From: Eledone cirrhosa
Lineage: Eukaryota
DNA: 64,000 bases
Direction of reading: 5' to 3'
Assembly: GCA_964016885.1 (NCBI GenBank)
Contig: OZ024745.1
Coordinates: 84,010,001-84,074,000, forward strand
Shown here in pieces: positions 44,001 through 56,574 of the stretch. The notes below the pieces were generated by a model. The model made no database searches. It saw only the letters and a list, made by a program, of their open reading frames with translations, and had not been told where the DNA came from. The translations under genes were made by a program, and so were the position numbers. Position 1 is the stretch's first letter. Every line of letters begins with the position of its first letter.

Positions 44001-44500
44001 AGGCTGTTGCACCCCGCTCTACTGGGACATGCTCCCACATAGTCCCATCGTGCATCTAGGATACCATTCCAGTCCCCCACTAAAATTAAGGAGCGAGACG
44101 TTCCCAGAAAATACTCTAGACGCTTAAAGAAGTCTGGCCGTGATTGCGATTGCCCGGTCGGGGCATAAATGGCCACCAGTCTGAAGGCTCCACCTCCGAT
44201 ACTGTTCACGTCTAGGACTACCAGTCTACCCTCCGGGTCCAAGTGTACTTGCTGTACTCCGACGTCCAGGTTCTTGCGAAACATGACAGCCACTACACCT
44301 CCACCTCCTGGCTGACAGAGAGATGCGTAGATCTCAAAGTTGTCGAAGATGGGGGTTAGTTGCTGCCTGTTGTGGATCGTGGACTCGGTGATGGCTATCA
44401 CATCCATACTGTGTGACCTAAAGTCGTTTAAAAGTTGGCCCTGTTTCCAGGGCATCCCTAGGCCACGCACATTCACGGTTCCAACTCGTAAACTAGCCAT
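41021..44500 (-). pseudogene. Copy D ORF2: APE endonuclease - RT - zinc finger, disrupted
   Basis: TVNVRGL, LVGDWN, SYLDRF, SDHK, KSPGLDG, LDQSKAFDRV, QGCPLS, AYADD, CPRC..ETVLH..HC. Confidence 0.92.
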
Positions 44501-44541
44501 GTTGGTGAAGAAAAGTTGGAGAAAAAGGACGAAAGGTGCAC

Positions 44542-46319
44542 TTACCTTTTTGTTTCCTGGAGATCGGGTTGTTCAATCTCCATTTGGGTGCTGGATGGGG
44601 TGTTGTGGGGTGGGGAAACATTTTAACAGGACGTGGTTGATGGGTTTGTGGCAGGGGTTGCCCACGTCCTGTGAAAATTTATTTTTTAGGTCTTTATAGG
44701 TTTCCATAGAAACCCTTATAAGTTTAAGGTGTGGAGACGATTCTGCCTTGACGAAAGTTTTGCCCTCCGTCTCCACCTTGGGGTTTTGGGAGATGACCTC
44801 CATCAAATTCTTGTTGCTTGTGTTGATGTATGCGTATTGTTGCTTGTGTTTTTGTTGTGTTGTTTTAGTTTGTTGTTCGTCCGGGAGTTTTTTTTTATGG
44901 TGGGTGCTTGTGTTGAGGTGGTGTTGGTGCTGGTTTTGCTGATAGGGGGATGTTTGACTGTGGTGTTTTTTGTGTTGTTGTTTGTGTCTGTGGTTGTGTG
45001 TTGGTGTTGGTGATTGGAGTTTTGTGGGTTTTGTGGTGTCTCTTTTTTTGTTTTTTAGATTTCCGCGGTTCTCCCTCTTCTTCACTTAAAGAAGGAGAAG
45101 CAGCTTCATCCGTCGATGAATAATCATCGTCAGGTGTGTCGGGTAAGGGTATGTTGTGTGGTGGTGGTGTTTCGGTATGTGTGTTTGTGGTAGTGTTTGA
45201 TGGAGTGGGATGGAGTGGGGCTGTGTTCTTCAGTGGTGTTGTCTCTGTTTTTTCTGTTGTTGTTGGTTGAGTGTCTGTTTGTTTTGTTGTGGTTGCTCGT
45301 TTCGTCTGTCGTTGTACTTGTGGTGGTGGTGGTTGTTTTGATGTTGGTGTTTTTTATGATGTTGTTGTGTGTTTGTGAACAAGAGGCTTTTAGGTGAGCT
45401 GTGCTACCACAGCGAAAGCAATGAAATTTTCATCCTTCTACCGAAATGTTTATTTTGTTGTTATTATCAATAACGACTCTTTCGGGTATTTTGGAGACTC
45501 TCTCCGGTTTCATTTGCAACAGAATCTCCAAATCTGTGCCCGCCCACCTTTGTCGAATAGATTTTCTTATTGAAAGTATCATGTCAGTTTCTGGCTCTAC
45601 GAAGCCAGCCAAGATCCACCAGATGTTAATGTTTGGAGGTATGTTTTTTATTTTTATTTTGTGTGTCCTTTTCCCCATGTATGTAGGGAAAAAGGTGTAT
45701 GCTTTTGACACCATTGGTGTCACAGAGTTTTTTGGGGCGAGTGCCTCGCTTTTAAACAGTACGGAAACACTTCCGTACTGTTTTCCTCGCTGGAGAAAAT
45801 CGACATTTGCTAGAATTTCCTTGAAAGTAACTTCTATATCTGCTTGATTAACAAATGTCGGCTTTCTTGTCGAATTTGACACAGTCCTAAAAGTGACTGA
45901 TCTGCGGATTGTGTCTTCCTTTATTTCAAGGAGTGAGTTAATTCTAAACCCACCTCTTTCTTTGAAAGTTACAAATGTTCTCCCTTGCTGGAGCATATCT
46001 CTTGCGTTGGAGATATCAAGATTTATAAAATCTTGTTTTTTGTTCACCGTTTCAGCGAAAGACATTTTCTTTTTTTGTGTGGTGTTGCTGTTGATGTTGT
46101 TGTTATCGTTGTTGGAAATCTCAGTTCCTTGTCGAGCTGAAACTTTATGTGTAGATGTATCTGTAGAGTTGTTGATGTCTTTTTCATTTGTATGTATGTT
46201 AATGGGTTTAATTCCTGTGTGTTGTTATTTTTCTCCGCTTCGACGGTAGACATTTTAAAATTTTCAAGTGTTAATATAGTTTTTTCTTTGTTGACACTTG
46301 TATCTATGGCGATGTCCAT
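44542..46319 (-). pseudogene. Copy D ORF1 (gag-like), frameshifted
   Basis: Homologous to ORF 54197-56113 (FRTVSNSTRKP, YTFFPTYMGKRT); knuckle CFRCGSTAHLKASC near 45378-45420. Confidence 0.85.
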
Positions 46320-46527
46320 AGTAGCAGAAGCAGATATAACGTTAATATCTGCCTCTTTCTCTCTCTCTTTTCTCTATTAACGTTCTCCAGCGTTCTTGTG
46401 TTGCTCAAGTTATTTAGTTTGTAAAATCTGATATTTTAAAACAAATTTTTAAAATAAAATTTTAGCCCCTACAGGGGCGAAAAATGGGATTACCACCCAG
46501 CTGACAATTCAGCTTGGGGGTTAATCT

Positions 46528-49500
46528 AAACAATTGAAATCCCCAATAGGGGGGGGGAGAGGTGTTACACAGGGGTTGTACACACCCCGAAAAAGTGTAC
46601 AGCCCTCATCTCCAGGAGCACCAAGAGTGAGTAATCCCTTCCTCTCTTCCTCTTTTTCCTCAACCTACAGGCTGATATAGAGAGAAGGCCCAACCACTCG
46701 GGCCATCTTTGCCACATTCACCCACCTTTTATAAAATTTGCTGGGGTACAGCACCTCTCTCTCCATCCTGATTCTTCTTCCAAAATGATATTTGAAAAAA
46801 CGAATCAGTTGCTCGCCGGAGAGAAAGGTGTCTGACCTCAGCCCTTTTAACCTCGTCCACCATATAACCAATTTCACCATAGCCATAACACATAGGAACA
46901 CCGCCTCTCCCTCGTGTTTGAGGGAGGGTGGCGGTTTGATCATGACAATGGCCTCGGTGGTCAACTGGATTGGTCCCACCCGCGACAATAGTCGTTCTAC
47001 ATAGCCCCACCGGTCGGTAACGCCCGGGCAGTGTCCAAATGCATGTGTGACGGTTTCCTCGTCGTGCACGCATCTCGGACAGATCTTTTTCGAAGGGTCC
47101 CTACCCGGGCGCCCGTGTCTGTAGAGCTTGTCTCGAACTGGTAGAGCTCCTCGGTAGCACTGCCAGGCCAGGGACATTTGGAAGTTGTCCATTGGCCCCG
47201 GGCGGAAGGTCCTACCGAACACACTGGCCAGTTCGTCCTCCTCTACGCCTAGAATTTCTCCGAGAGTGTCGTCGCACTTGCTGCGGACCAACCCTCTATA
47301 GAATGTCGAAGTGGAGTCTCTACTGATCGCCGGGTCCGTTTGCCAGAGGACTGTGAACGCCTGGGCACATTCGATGTGCCAGTCGCCCATTTTCCTCGGT
47401 CTTTGCTTGACCCAGGACTGCAGCTCGGTCAGCGAGACGAGTCGTGGGAAGGCTCGCCTCACGAACGGGGCCCACACCGGTTGTCTGGTGAGGAATACGT
47501 GGAGGTGCCGCAGCCTGAGCGCGTGTTTGCGCATCGTCAGCCACGGCATCCCCAGCCCTCAGTTTGAAGGGTGTTGGCAGCAGATGGATCTTCTCACCAA
47601 AGGAGCCCGTTTCTTCCAAAGGAAATATAAGAGCACGCGCTCCATTTTCGTGAGCGTTTTGGCTGGACAAGGCACAACGGTCAAGCGGTAGTAGATGACG
47701 GACGCTATAAAAGTGTTCGCCACCTCCGCTCGACCTTTCAAGGATAGTTTGCACTCGACCCACTTCTGGGTGAGCGCAAACACCTTGGCCGTCACCTCGT
47801 TCCCGTTCTTCTCCACCTGGAGGTAAGGGCCAAACCAGACCCCGAGCATCTTTACCGGTCCTTCCGTCCAGCGTCCGACGACGTCATCGGAAGGCATCGG
47901 TTTGCCTCTCCACGATCCGAGTTGCAAACCGACGGATTTGTCCCGGTTCAGCTTCGCTCCTGTGAAACTTTCGTATTCCTCCAGTAAGGTGCCGATCGCT
48001 CCGATTTGCGAGGTGCTCGACACCATTACTGTCATGTCATCGGCGTAGGCCAACGCCGCTTTTCGCAGTCCCGGTTCCAAAGGGATGCCCTGCAATAGCT
48101 CCAACTTCCGCAGTAGTGGCTCGAGAGTCAGTACGTACAAAAGGGAGGAGAGAGGGCATCCCTGTCGAATGGATCGCGTGATAGGAAACAGCTCCGAGAG
48201 GTAGCCGTTCACCTTCACCCTTGAGCAGATGTTGCTGTTGTGCATTGCAGCAATCCAGCCCCTGAACACGGGACCGAAGCCTGCCTCCTCGAGCACTGCA
48301 TCCAGGTAACGATGGTCGACCCTATCGAAAGCCTTAGACTGATCCAAGTTGATCAGGACCCCACCAAAGCCGGGTTTACACCCTACCCTCTCTATGATGT
48401 ATCGCAGGAGGTGGAGGTTGTCGTGTATGGACCTGGTCGGAATTGCGCATGTCTGCGCTTCTCCCACCAGGTTATCGACGACAAGCGCCAGCCTCTTTGC
48501 CAACACCTTGGCCAAAATCTGTAACTCTGTGTTTAGCAGAGTTATGTGCCGGAAGTTGCCTATATCATCACCCTTGTTCTCGTCCTTCCTGACTAACGTG
48601 ATTACGCCCTTGGCCACAGAACTGGGAATTCTCCCGTTCTGCCGCCAGTTGCAGTAGACCGCTTCCAGGAGACCGGAGAACAAGTCTGGCATTGCTACGT
48701 AAAATTTGTAGGGTAGACCGTCGAGACCTGGAGATTTGCGTTTGCCGCATTGCCTCAGCGCGTCCCCTATCTCAGCGGCTGGAATCGGCCTTTCGCAGAA
48801 CTTCGCCTCGCTGTCCGAGAGTCGCGGTTATCCGTCGAGGTATGAACCGAAATCCATAGCCCCTCCCGGCGAGCCGCCCTGCCCGAACAGTTGAGCAAAG
48901 TGCCGCTGAAAGGTCGCGCACATTTGCTTCGGCTCACGCATCACGCCTCCGTCCTGGTCCCTCAAAGACCGAATCGTAGACCTGTTGCCACCTTTCGCCT
49001 CCGTCACTCGGGTCCAGCTAACAGCTTCGGCCCCCTCGTCTCCCAGAGCACGTATTTTGCTTCTGACAACGCAGCCCTCATGCCTTGCGTCGAAGAACTG
49101 GTCCAAGGGCGCCCCAGCCGCTAGCACGCTGGCTACGCTGCCACTCCCAAGTGCCCCCCCCCCCAACTTATCTACCAGCTCCTTTTCAGTCCTATTTCTA
49201 TCTAACACTAATTCTTTACTAAAACCTATCGAATCCAATCCAACTGCCCTCCCGAGAGAGTACCACCATCTGTTGTTGACAATGGCCCACGTCAAGTGTT
49301 GCTTAACTAAAGTGCTAATCCGTTTACTGTAGACCTTGCATGTCGGTAATGACAAGTTCAGCTACCAGTAGCTGGGTGCCTGTATATGGGTTTTGTGAAG
49401 GTTGACTAAGCAGGTCACTAATTTGTGATCTGAATAGGCAACCATGAACATTTGTGGACAGCTTAACATGTCCCTATCCTTCTTTCTAACTAGAACCCTA

Positions 49501-50506
49501 TCTAGGTACGATTTAGATGTTCCGCTATATTTAGTCCACGTCCACAGTGGCACAGTCGGAAAATCTAGTCGATATCTATCGGCCAGGTCAAATCGGGCGA
49601 TTAACTGTTTGAGGCTGTTACACCCTCCTCTATCGGGACATGCTCCCACGTAGTCCCAACGTTCATCTAGGATTCCATTCCAGTCCCCCACTAACAGCAG
49701 GGAACGGGACGTTCCCAGAAAGTCTCCAGACGTTTGAAGAAGTCTGGCCGCGGTGTCCCGGATGGGGCATATGCGGCCACCAGCCTGAAGGCTCCACCTT
49801 CACTACCGTCAACCTCTAGGACCACCAGTCGACAATCCGGGTCCAGATGTACCGTCTGTGTTACGAGGTCCAGGTGTTTCCGCAGCAAAACAGCAACCCC
49901 ACACCCACCTCCCGGCTGTCAGAGAGATGCGTAGATCTCAAAGTCGTCGAAGATGGGGGCCAGTTGTAGCTCGCTGTGGATCCTGGACTCGCAAATTGCT
50001 ACTACATCCATACTGTGCGACCTGAGGTCGTTTAAGAGTTTGCCCTGTTTCCAGGGCATACCCAGGCCGCGTACATTCACACATCCAACTTTTATATTGG
50101 CCATGTTAGTGATGAAAAGTTAAAAGAAGAGGAAAAGAAATCACTCACCTCTTCGTCTCCTGGGGACCAGGCTGCACAATTTCCATGGGGGTGTTGGAGG
50201 GGTTGTTTGGTAGGGTAGGGGGAGATGTTTAGTGGGGAGGGGGTGTCAGGTGGGGTGGGGTGCCTGGGGTGGGGGTGGGGAAACATTTCAAAAGGACGCG
50301 GTTATAGGGTTTGACGCAGGGGTTACTTACGTCGTTAGGAAATTTTTCTTTCAACTATTTATGTGTGTCCATGGAGATCCTAATCATTTTAAGATTAGGA
50401 TTCTCCGCAGAGTGTATAAAAGTTTTCCCTTCTGTGGAGACCGAAGGGTTTTTACATATGGTGCCTGTTAAAGTTTTATTGTTAGTATTTATGTAGGTGT
50501 AGGTGT
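46528..50506 (-). mobile_element. Tx1-clade copy C: 5'-truncated inside ORF1, last ~100 bp missing
   Basis: Begins at YTYTYINTNNK of ORF1; ORF2 remnant 46665-50104 closely similar to copy B. Confidence 0.92.
46665..50104 (-). pseudogene. Copy C ORF2 (APE-RT-zf), disrupted
   Basis: Consecutive ORF fragments with the same motifs (AYADDMTV); ends GPSLYISL*. Confidence 0.92.
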
Positions 50507-50756
50507 ATAGATAGATATATTTCTTTATTAGCCACAGGGGCACAAAAGAAGGGGACAAATACAAAGGGGGAAGTTTACATACAATAAAAACGTGTAAAAT
50601 GTTATCACAGATGGAATTCAAAAGTTAGTCGACCTTCCCCAACAGAGGGAGACAGTTCATATGGGCAACACATACCCCCGAAAAAAATGTGCAACCCTCA
50701 TCTCCAGGAGTACGAAGAGCTTGTACTCCTTTCCTCTCCTCCTCCTTTTCCTCAAT

Positions 50757-53700
50757 CTACAGGCTGATATAGAGAGAAGGCCCATTCACTCGGGCCATTC
50801 TCGCCACTTTCACCCACCTTTCATAAAACTTGCTGGGGTACAGCACCTCTCTCTCCATCCTGATTCTTCTTCCAAAGTGGTATTTGAAAAAAAGAATCAG
50901 TTGTTGGCCGGAGAGAAAGGTGTCTGACCTCAGCCCTTTCAACCTTGTCCACCATACAACCTCTTTCGCCATAGCTATCACACAAAGGAAAACCGCATCT
51001 CCTTCGTTTTTGAAGGAGGGTGGCGGTTTGATCATGACAATGGACTCGGTGGTCAACTGGATTGGTCCCACCCGCGACAATAGTCGTTCTACATATCCCC
51101 ACAGGTCAGTGACGCCCGGGCAGTGTATGAATGCGTGCGCGACGGTTTCTTCGTCTCGCACGCACCTCGGACAGATCTTTTTGCAGGGTCCCTGCCCGGG
51201 CGCCCATGTCTGTAGAGCTTGTCTTGAACTGGTAGAGCTCCTCGGTAGCACTGCCAGGCCAGGGACTTTTGGAAGTTGTCCATCGGTCCCGGGCGGAAGG
51301 TCCTACCGAACAGACTGGCCAGTTCATCTTCCTCCACGCCTAGAGTTTCACCGAGCGCGTCGTCGCACTTGCTGCGGACCAACCCTCTATAGAATGACGA
51401 AGTGGAGTCTCCACTGATCGCCGGGTCCGCCTGCCAGAGGGCTGTGAGCGCCTGAGCACATTCGATGTGCCAGTCGCCCATTTTCCTCGGTCTCTGCTTG
51501 ACCCAGGACTGCAGCTCGGTCAGTGAGACGAGTCGTGGGAAGGCTCGCCTCACGAACGGGGCCCACACCGGTTGTCCGGTGAGGAATACGTAGAGATGCC
51601 GCAGCCTGAGCGCGTGTTTGCGCATCGTCAACCACGGCATCCCCAGCCCTCCGTTAGAAGGGTGTTGGCAGCAGATGGATCTTCTTACCAAAGGAGCCCG
51701 CCTCTTCCAAAGGAATCGGAAGAGGGCGCGCTCCATTTTGGCGAGCGTTTTGGCTGGACAAGGCACGACGGTCAAGCGGTAGTAGATGGCGGACGCTATA
51801 AAAGGATAGTTTGCACTCGGCCCACTTCTGGGTGAGTGCAAACACCTTGGCCGTCACTTCGTTCCAGTTCTTCTCCACCTGGAGGTCCGACCAAACCAGA
51901 CCCCGAGCAGCTTTACCGGTCCTTCCGTCCAGCGTCCGACGACGCCATCGGAAGGCATCGGTCTGCCTCTCCACGATCCGAGTTGCAAACCGATGGACTT
52001 GTCCCGGTTCAGCTTCGCTCCTGTGAGACTTTCGTATTCCTTTAGTAAGGTGCCGACTTTTTCGATTTGCGAGGCGCTCGACACCATTACTGTCACGTCG
52101 TCGGCGTAGGCCGACGCCGCTTTCCGCAGTCCCGGTTCCAGAGGGATGCCCTGCAATAGCTCCAGCTTCCGCAGTAGTGGCTCGAGAGTCAGTACGTACA
52201 GAAGGGAGGAGAGAGGGCATCCCTGTCGAATGGATCGCGTAATATGGAACGGCTCCGAGAGGTAACCGTTCACCTTGACCCTTGAGCAGATGTTGCTGTT
52301 GTGCATTGCAGCAATCCAGCCCCTGAACACGGGTCCGAAGCCTGCCGCCTCGAGCACCGCATCCAGGTAACGATGGTCAACCCTATCGAAAGCCTTAGAC
52401 TGATCCAAGTTGATCAGGGCCCCACCGAAGCCGGGTTTACACCCTACCCTCTCTATGATGTATCGCATGAGGTGGAGGTTGTCGTGTATGGACCTGGTCG
52501 GGATCGCGCATGTCTGCGCTTCTCCCACCAGGTTCTCGACGACAAGCGCCAGCCTCTTTGCCAACACCTTGGCCAAAATCTGTAACTCTGTGTTTAGCAG
52601 AGTTATGGGCCGGAAGTTGCCTATGTCATCCCCCTTATTCTCGTCCTTCCTGATTAGTGTGACCACGCCCCCGGTTACAGAACTGGGAATTCTCCCGTTC
52701 TGTTGCCAGTTGCAGTAGACCGCTTCCAGGAGACCGGAGAATAAGTCCGGCATTGCTACGTAAAATTCGTAGGGTAGACCGTCGAGACCTGGAGATTTGC
52801 GTTTGCCGCATTGGCTCAGCGCGTCCCCTATCTCAGTGGCTGAAATCGGCTTTTCGCAGAACTTCGCCTCGCTGTCCGAGAGTCGCGGTAGGCCGTCGAG
52901 GTATGGACCGAAATCCATAGCCTCTCCCGGAGCGCCGCTCCCCCCGAAGAGCCGAGCAAAGTGCCGCTGAAAAGCCGCACACATCTGCTTCGGCTCACGT
53001 ATCACGCGTCCGTTTTGGTCCTTCAAAGACCGAATCGTGGACTTGTTGCCACTTTTTGCCTCCGTCACTCGGGCCCAACTAACAGCTTTGGCTCCCTCGT
53101 TTCCCAGAGCACGTATTTTGCTTCTGACAACGCAGCCCTCGTGCTTTGCGTCGAAGAACTGGTCCAAGGCCGTTCTCGTTGCTAGCACGCTGGCTACGTT
53201 GCCACTTCTAATAGCCTCTTCTACTTTATCTACCAGTTCCTTCTCGGTTCTATTTCTATCTAACGCTAATTCTTTACTAAAAACTATCGAGTCTAATCTA
53301 ACTGCCCTCTTGAGAGAGTACCACCATCTGTTGTTGACAATGGCCCCTGTCAAGTGCTGTTTAACTAAAGTGCTAATCCGTCTACTGTAGGCTTTGCTTG
53401 TCGGTAACGACAAGTTCAGCTTCCAGTAGCCGGGTCCTTGTCTATGGGTTCTATCAAGGTTGGCCATGCAGGTCACTAGTTTGTGATCTGAATAGGCAAC
53501 CATGAACATTTGTGGACAGCTTAACATGTCCCTATCCTTATTTCTAACTAGAACCCTATCTAGGTACGATCTAGATGTTCCGCTACGATTACTCCACGTC
53601 CACAGTGGCGCAGTCGGAAAATCTAGTCGATATCTATCGGCCAGGTCAAATCGGTCGATTAACTGTTTGAGGCTGTTACACCCCCCTTTATCGGGACATG

Positions 53701-54163
53701 CTCCCACATAGTCCCAACGTGCATCTAGGATTCCATTCCAGTCCCCCACTAAAAGCAAGGAGCGGGACGTTCCCAGAAAAGTCTCTAGACGTTTGAAGAA
53801 GTCTGGCCGCGGTGTCCCGGATGGGGCATATGCGGCCACCAGCCTGAACGCTCCACCTTCACTACCGTCAACGTCTAGGACCACCAGTCGACCCTCCGGG
53901 TCCAGATGTACCGTCTGTGTTACGAGGCCCAGGTGTTTCCGCAGCAAAACGGCAACTCTGCCCCCACCCCCCGGTTGACAGAGAGATGCGTAGATCTCAA
54001 AGTCATCGAAGATGGGGGCCAGCTGTCGCTCGCCGTGGATCCTGGACTCGCAAATGGCTACCACATCCAAACTGTGCGACCTGAGGTCGTTTAAGAGTTT
54101 ACCCTGTTTCCAGGGCATCCCCAGGCCGCGTACGTTCACACATCCAACTCTTATATTGGCCAT
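50757..54163 (-). pseudogene. Copy B ORF2 (APE-RT-zf): open for ~755 codons, then frameshifts and a ~29-bp deletion at ~51803
   Basis: 769-aa ORF with APE and RT motifs (YADD); continuation in 51089-51841 and 50757-51251. Confidence 0.95.
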
Positions 54164-54196
54164 GTTGGTGCTGAAAAGTTAAAAGAGGAAAAGAGA

Positions 54197-56113
54197 TCAC
54201 TCACCCTTCGCCTCCTGGGGACCAGGCCGCACGATTTCCATGGGGGTGTTGGAGGGGTTGTCTGGATGGGTGGTGGTTTCCGGCGGGGTGGGGACGCAGA
54301 TGTTTGGTGGGGTGGGGTCTGGTGGGATGGGGGTGTCTGGGGTGGGGAGACATTTGAGAAGGACGCGGTTGAGTTGTTTCACGCAGGAATTCCCCACATC
54401 CTTCTCAAATGTTTCTTTTAGGGACCTATAAGTTTGTATAGGGACCCTAATCAGTTTTAGGTTCATTTTTTTGCTATTTTTTATAGAGTGGGCGAAAGTT
54501 TTCCCTTCGGTGAAAACCGAAGGGTCGTTCGTAATGGTCTCCATTAGTGTTTTGTTTTCAGTGTTTATGTAAGTGTAAGTGTAATTTTCTTGTGTTGTGT
54601 TTGTTTTTGTCTGTAGTTCTTGTGTGTGCTTTCGTTTTGTTGTAGGTATTTTGTTTTCAGGAGGTGGGGGTTTTGTTTGTGATATTTTTGTTGTTTGTGT
54701 TGGTGGTTGTATGTTTGTGGTAGTGTTTGCTGGTATTTTGCTTTTGTGATGTCTTTTCTTTCTTTTCGAGCGATGGGGTTCTCCCTCGTCTTCACTGGGT
54801 GATGGCGAGATAGCCTCATCTGTTGTATCGGCTGTGTGATTGGGGAGGGGTATGTCTTGGGGAGCTGTTGTGTCTGTATGTGATTTTGCAGTGGTTTTAG
54901 GTGGAGTGAGGTTGGGTGGGACTGTGTTTGTTGTGGTTATTTTTGTGTGTTGGTGTTGTTGTTGTAGTGGTGGTGTTGGTGGTTGTGTTGTTTTGATGGG
55001 TGTTGGCAGAAGAGCCTTTTTTTGGTTCATTAGTTTAGGACAGGAAGCCCTCAGGTGACCCCTGCTAAAGCAATGGTAACATGAAGGCCGCCTACCCTCA
55101 ACCGAAAGGTTTATGTAGGTAAGTCCGTCCAGGAGTACACGCTGTGGGATCATAGCTATTCGCTCTGGGCTCATTTGCACCAGAACTTCAATGCTAGTCC
55201 CATTGAATACATCTCTGTGGGACTTGCCTACTGATAGTATTCTGTCTTCATCAAAATTGATGAAGCCGCACAGTATCCACCATATGTTCACCTTTGGTGT
55301 GACACTTGTGATTCTGATCTTTTGTGTCCTTTTTCCCATGTATGTAGGGAAAAAGGTGTACAGGTTGGATACAATTGGCGACACAGAGTAATTTTGGGCC
55401 GTCAATTGATCCTTCATGAGTACCGAAATACTCCCAAAAAGTTTGCTTCTTTGAATGAATGCAATATCATTCATTGAATCTTTGAAAACCAGTTCAATAT
55501 CTTTCTGTGACAATTGGACTGGTTTTCGGGTAGAATTGGAAACTGTCCTAAAAACTATCGTTTTGAGAGCAGTTTCCTTGCGAATTTCTACCGGAGAATT
55601 GATGCTGAAAGCACCATTTTTTTCGAAGGTGAGATATCTCTTAGCGTCCTTTAAAAGGTGTTCAGCATTTGTTATGTCGAGATATATCAATTGTTCTTTC
55701 TTTTGAACTTTCTCCGCAAAGGAGATTTTTGGTTTCTTTGTGGAATCCGTATTGGTGATGTTGTCATTATTGTTGTTATTCTTGTTGTTATTCTTGTTGT
55801 CACCGATGTTGGTATCATCCGTATTTTCCTTGGTGTTGTTGTTGTCTTTGATGCTGGTGTTATTGGCGTTGTCTTTATTTTTTTCTTTGTTGTTGTTATC
55901 ATTGTTGCTTTTATCATCATTATTGGTTTTGCTGTTATTTTTGTTGTCATTGAGCTGTTTGGTGTCATTTGTGTTGTTTGGATGTGAATTCGTTTTTTTA
56001 TTTTCATTTTGTCTTTCCATCTCTATAGTATCTAGTGAAGAAGACGTTGTTGACTGCGAGCTTTGTAGTCTTACCGCCTCTCCACCACCATTATCGTTGG
56101 ACGCAGCGTTCAT
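54197..56113 (-). CDS. Copy B ORF1 protein (638 aa): Asn-rich N-terminus, conserved core, one CCHC knuckle, Thr/Pro linker, conserved C-terminal domain
   Basis: Uninterrupted ORF; CYHCFSRGHLRASC; homologous to ORF1 of copies A, C and D. Confidence 0.9.
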   Translation of the reverse strand: MNAASNDNGGGEAVRLQSSQSTTSSSLDTIEMERQNENKKTNSHPNNTNDTKQLNDNKNNSKTNNDDKSNNDNNNKEKNKDNANNTSIKDNNNTKENTDDTNIGDNKNNNKNNNNNDNITNTDSTKKPKISFAEKVQKKEQLIYLDITNAEHLLKDAKRYLTFEKNGAFSINSPVEIRKETALKTIVFRTVSNSTRKPVQLSQKDIELVFKDSMNDIAFIQRSKLFGSISVLMKDQLTAQNYSVSPIVSNLYTFFPTYMGKRTQKIRITSVTPKVNIWWILCGFINFDEDRILSVGKSHRDVFNGTSIEVLVQMSPERIAMIPQRVLLDGLTYINLSVEGRRPSCYHCFSRGHLRASCPKLMNQKKALLPTPIKTTQPPTPPLQQQHQHTKITTTNTVPPNLTPPKTTAKSHTDTTAPQDIPLPNHTADTTDEAISPSPSEDEGEPHRSKRKKRHHKSKIPANTTTNIQPPTQTTKISQTKPPPPENKIPTTKRKHTQELQTKTNTTQENYTYTYINTENKTLMETITNDPSVFTEGKTFAHSIKNSKKMNLKLIRVPIQTYRSLKETFEKDVGNSCVKQLNRVLLKCLPTPDTPIPPDPTPPNICVPTPPETTTHPDNPSNTPMEIVRPGPQEAKGE

Positions 56114-56574
56114 AACGTAATCAAAATTTTACAATATTTTTTCCAAGATTCGATGGAGAAAAATTTTTTAAATGGATATTCCGCCCCTGAAGGGGCGAAA
56201 ATGAGTTGACCCACCACCTGAAGGTCCAGACGGGTGGTCAAGTTACACAATGATATAAAATTGAACTAAAAACTCACGTTTTTTCCTTACATAAATTAAC
56301 GGAAACTTCTCCGCGAAGTGACACACGACTGATAGAGAGATAAATTTCTATTTATTTGCCACGAGGGCACAAAAGAAGGGGACATTTACACAGTGGGGGA
56401 GTTTACATAAATCGAGTAAAGAAAAAAGGAATAACAATAATAATATAACAATAAAAAGTCCTCAAAAGGGAGGGGGCGTGTTGGGGATTGCACATACCCC
56501 CGAAAAGTGTGCAACTCTTTTCGCGGGGGAAGCCCAGAGAGGAGGCGCTCCCCCTTTCCTCTTCACTTCTTCAC

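Larger units (their letters stand above)
40787..46527 (-). mobile_element. Tx1/L1-clade non-LTR retrotransposon, copy D (extreme 5' end missing, decayed)
   Basis: ORF1 and ORF2 remnants; 3' end ggctAATAAAgaa followed by (ATCT)n at 40754-40787. Confidence 0.92.
50520..56332 (-). mobile_element. Tx1-clade copy B, full length, best preserved
   Basis: 5' end atcagtcgtg after an (ATCT)-like linker; intact ORF1; 3' end ggctAATAAAgaa then atatatctatctat. Confidence 0.95.

Noticed and set aside
54171-54204. 34-nt GT-AG mini-intron fusing ORF1 to ORF2 in copy B
   Set aside because: Very short, gives no in-frame fusion, and the AG is absent in copies A, C and D.
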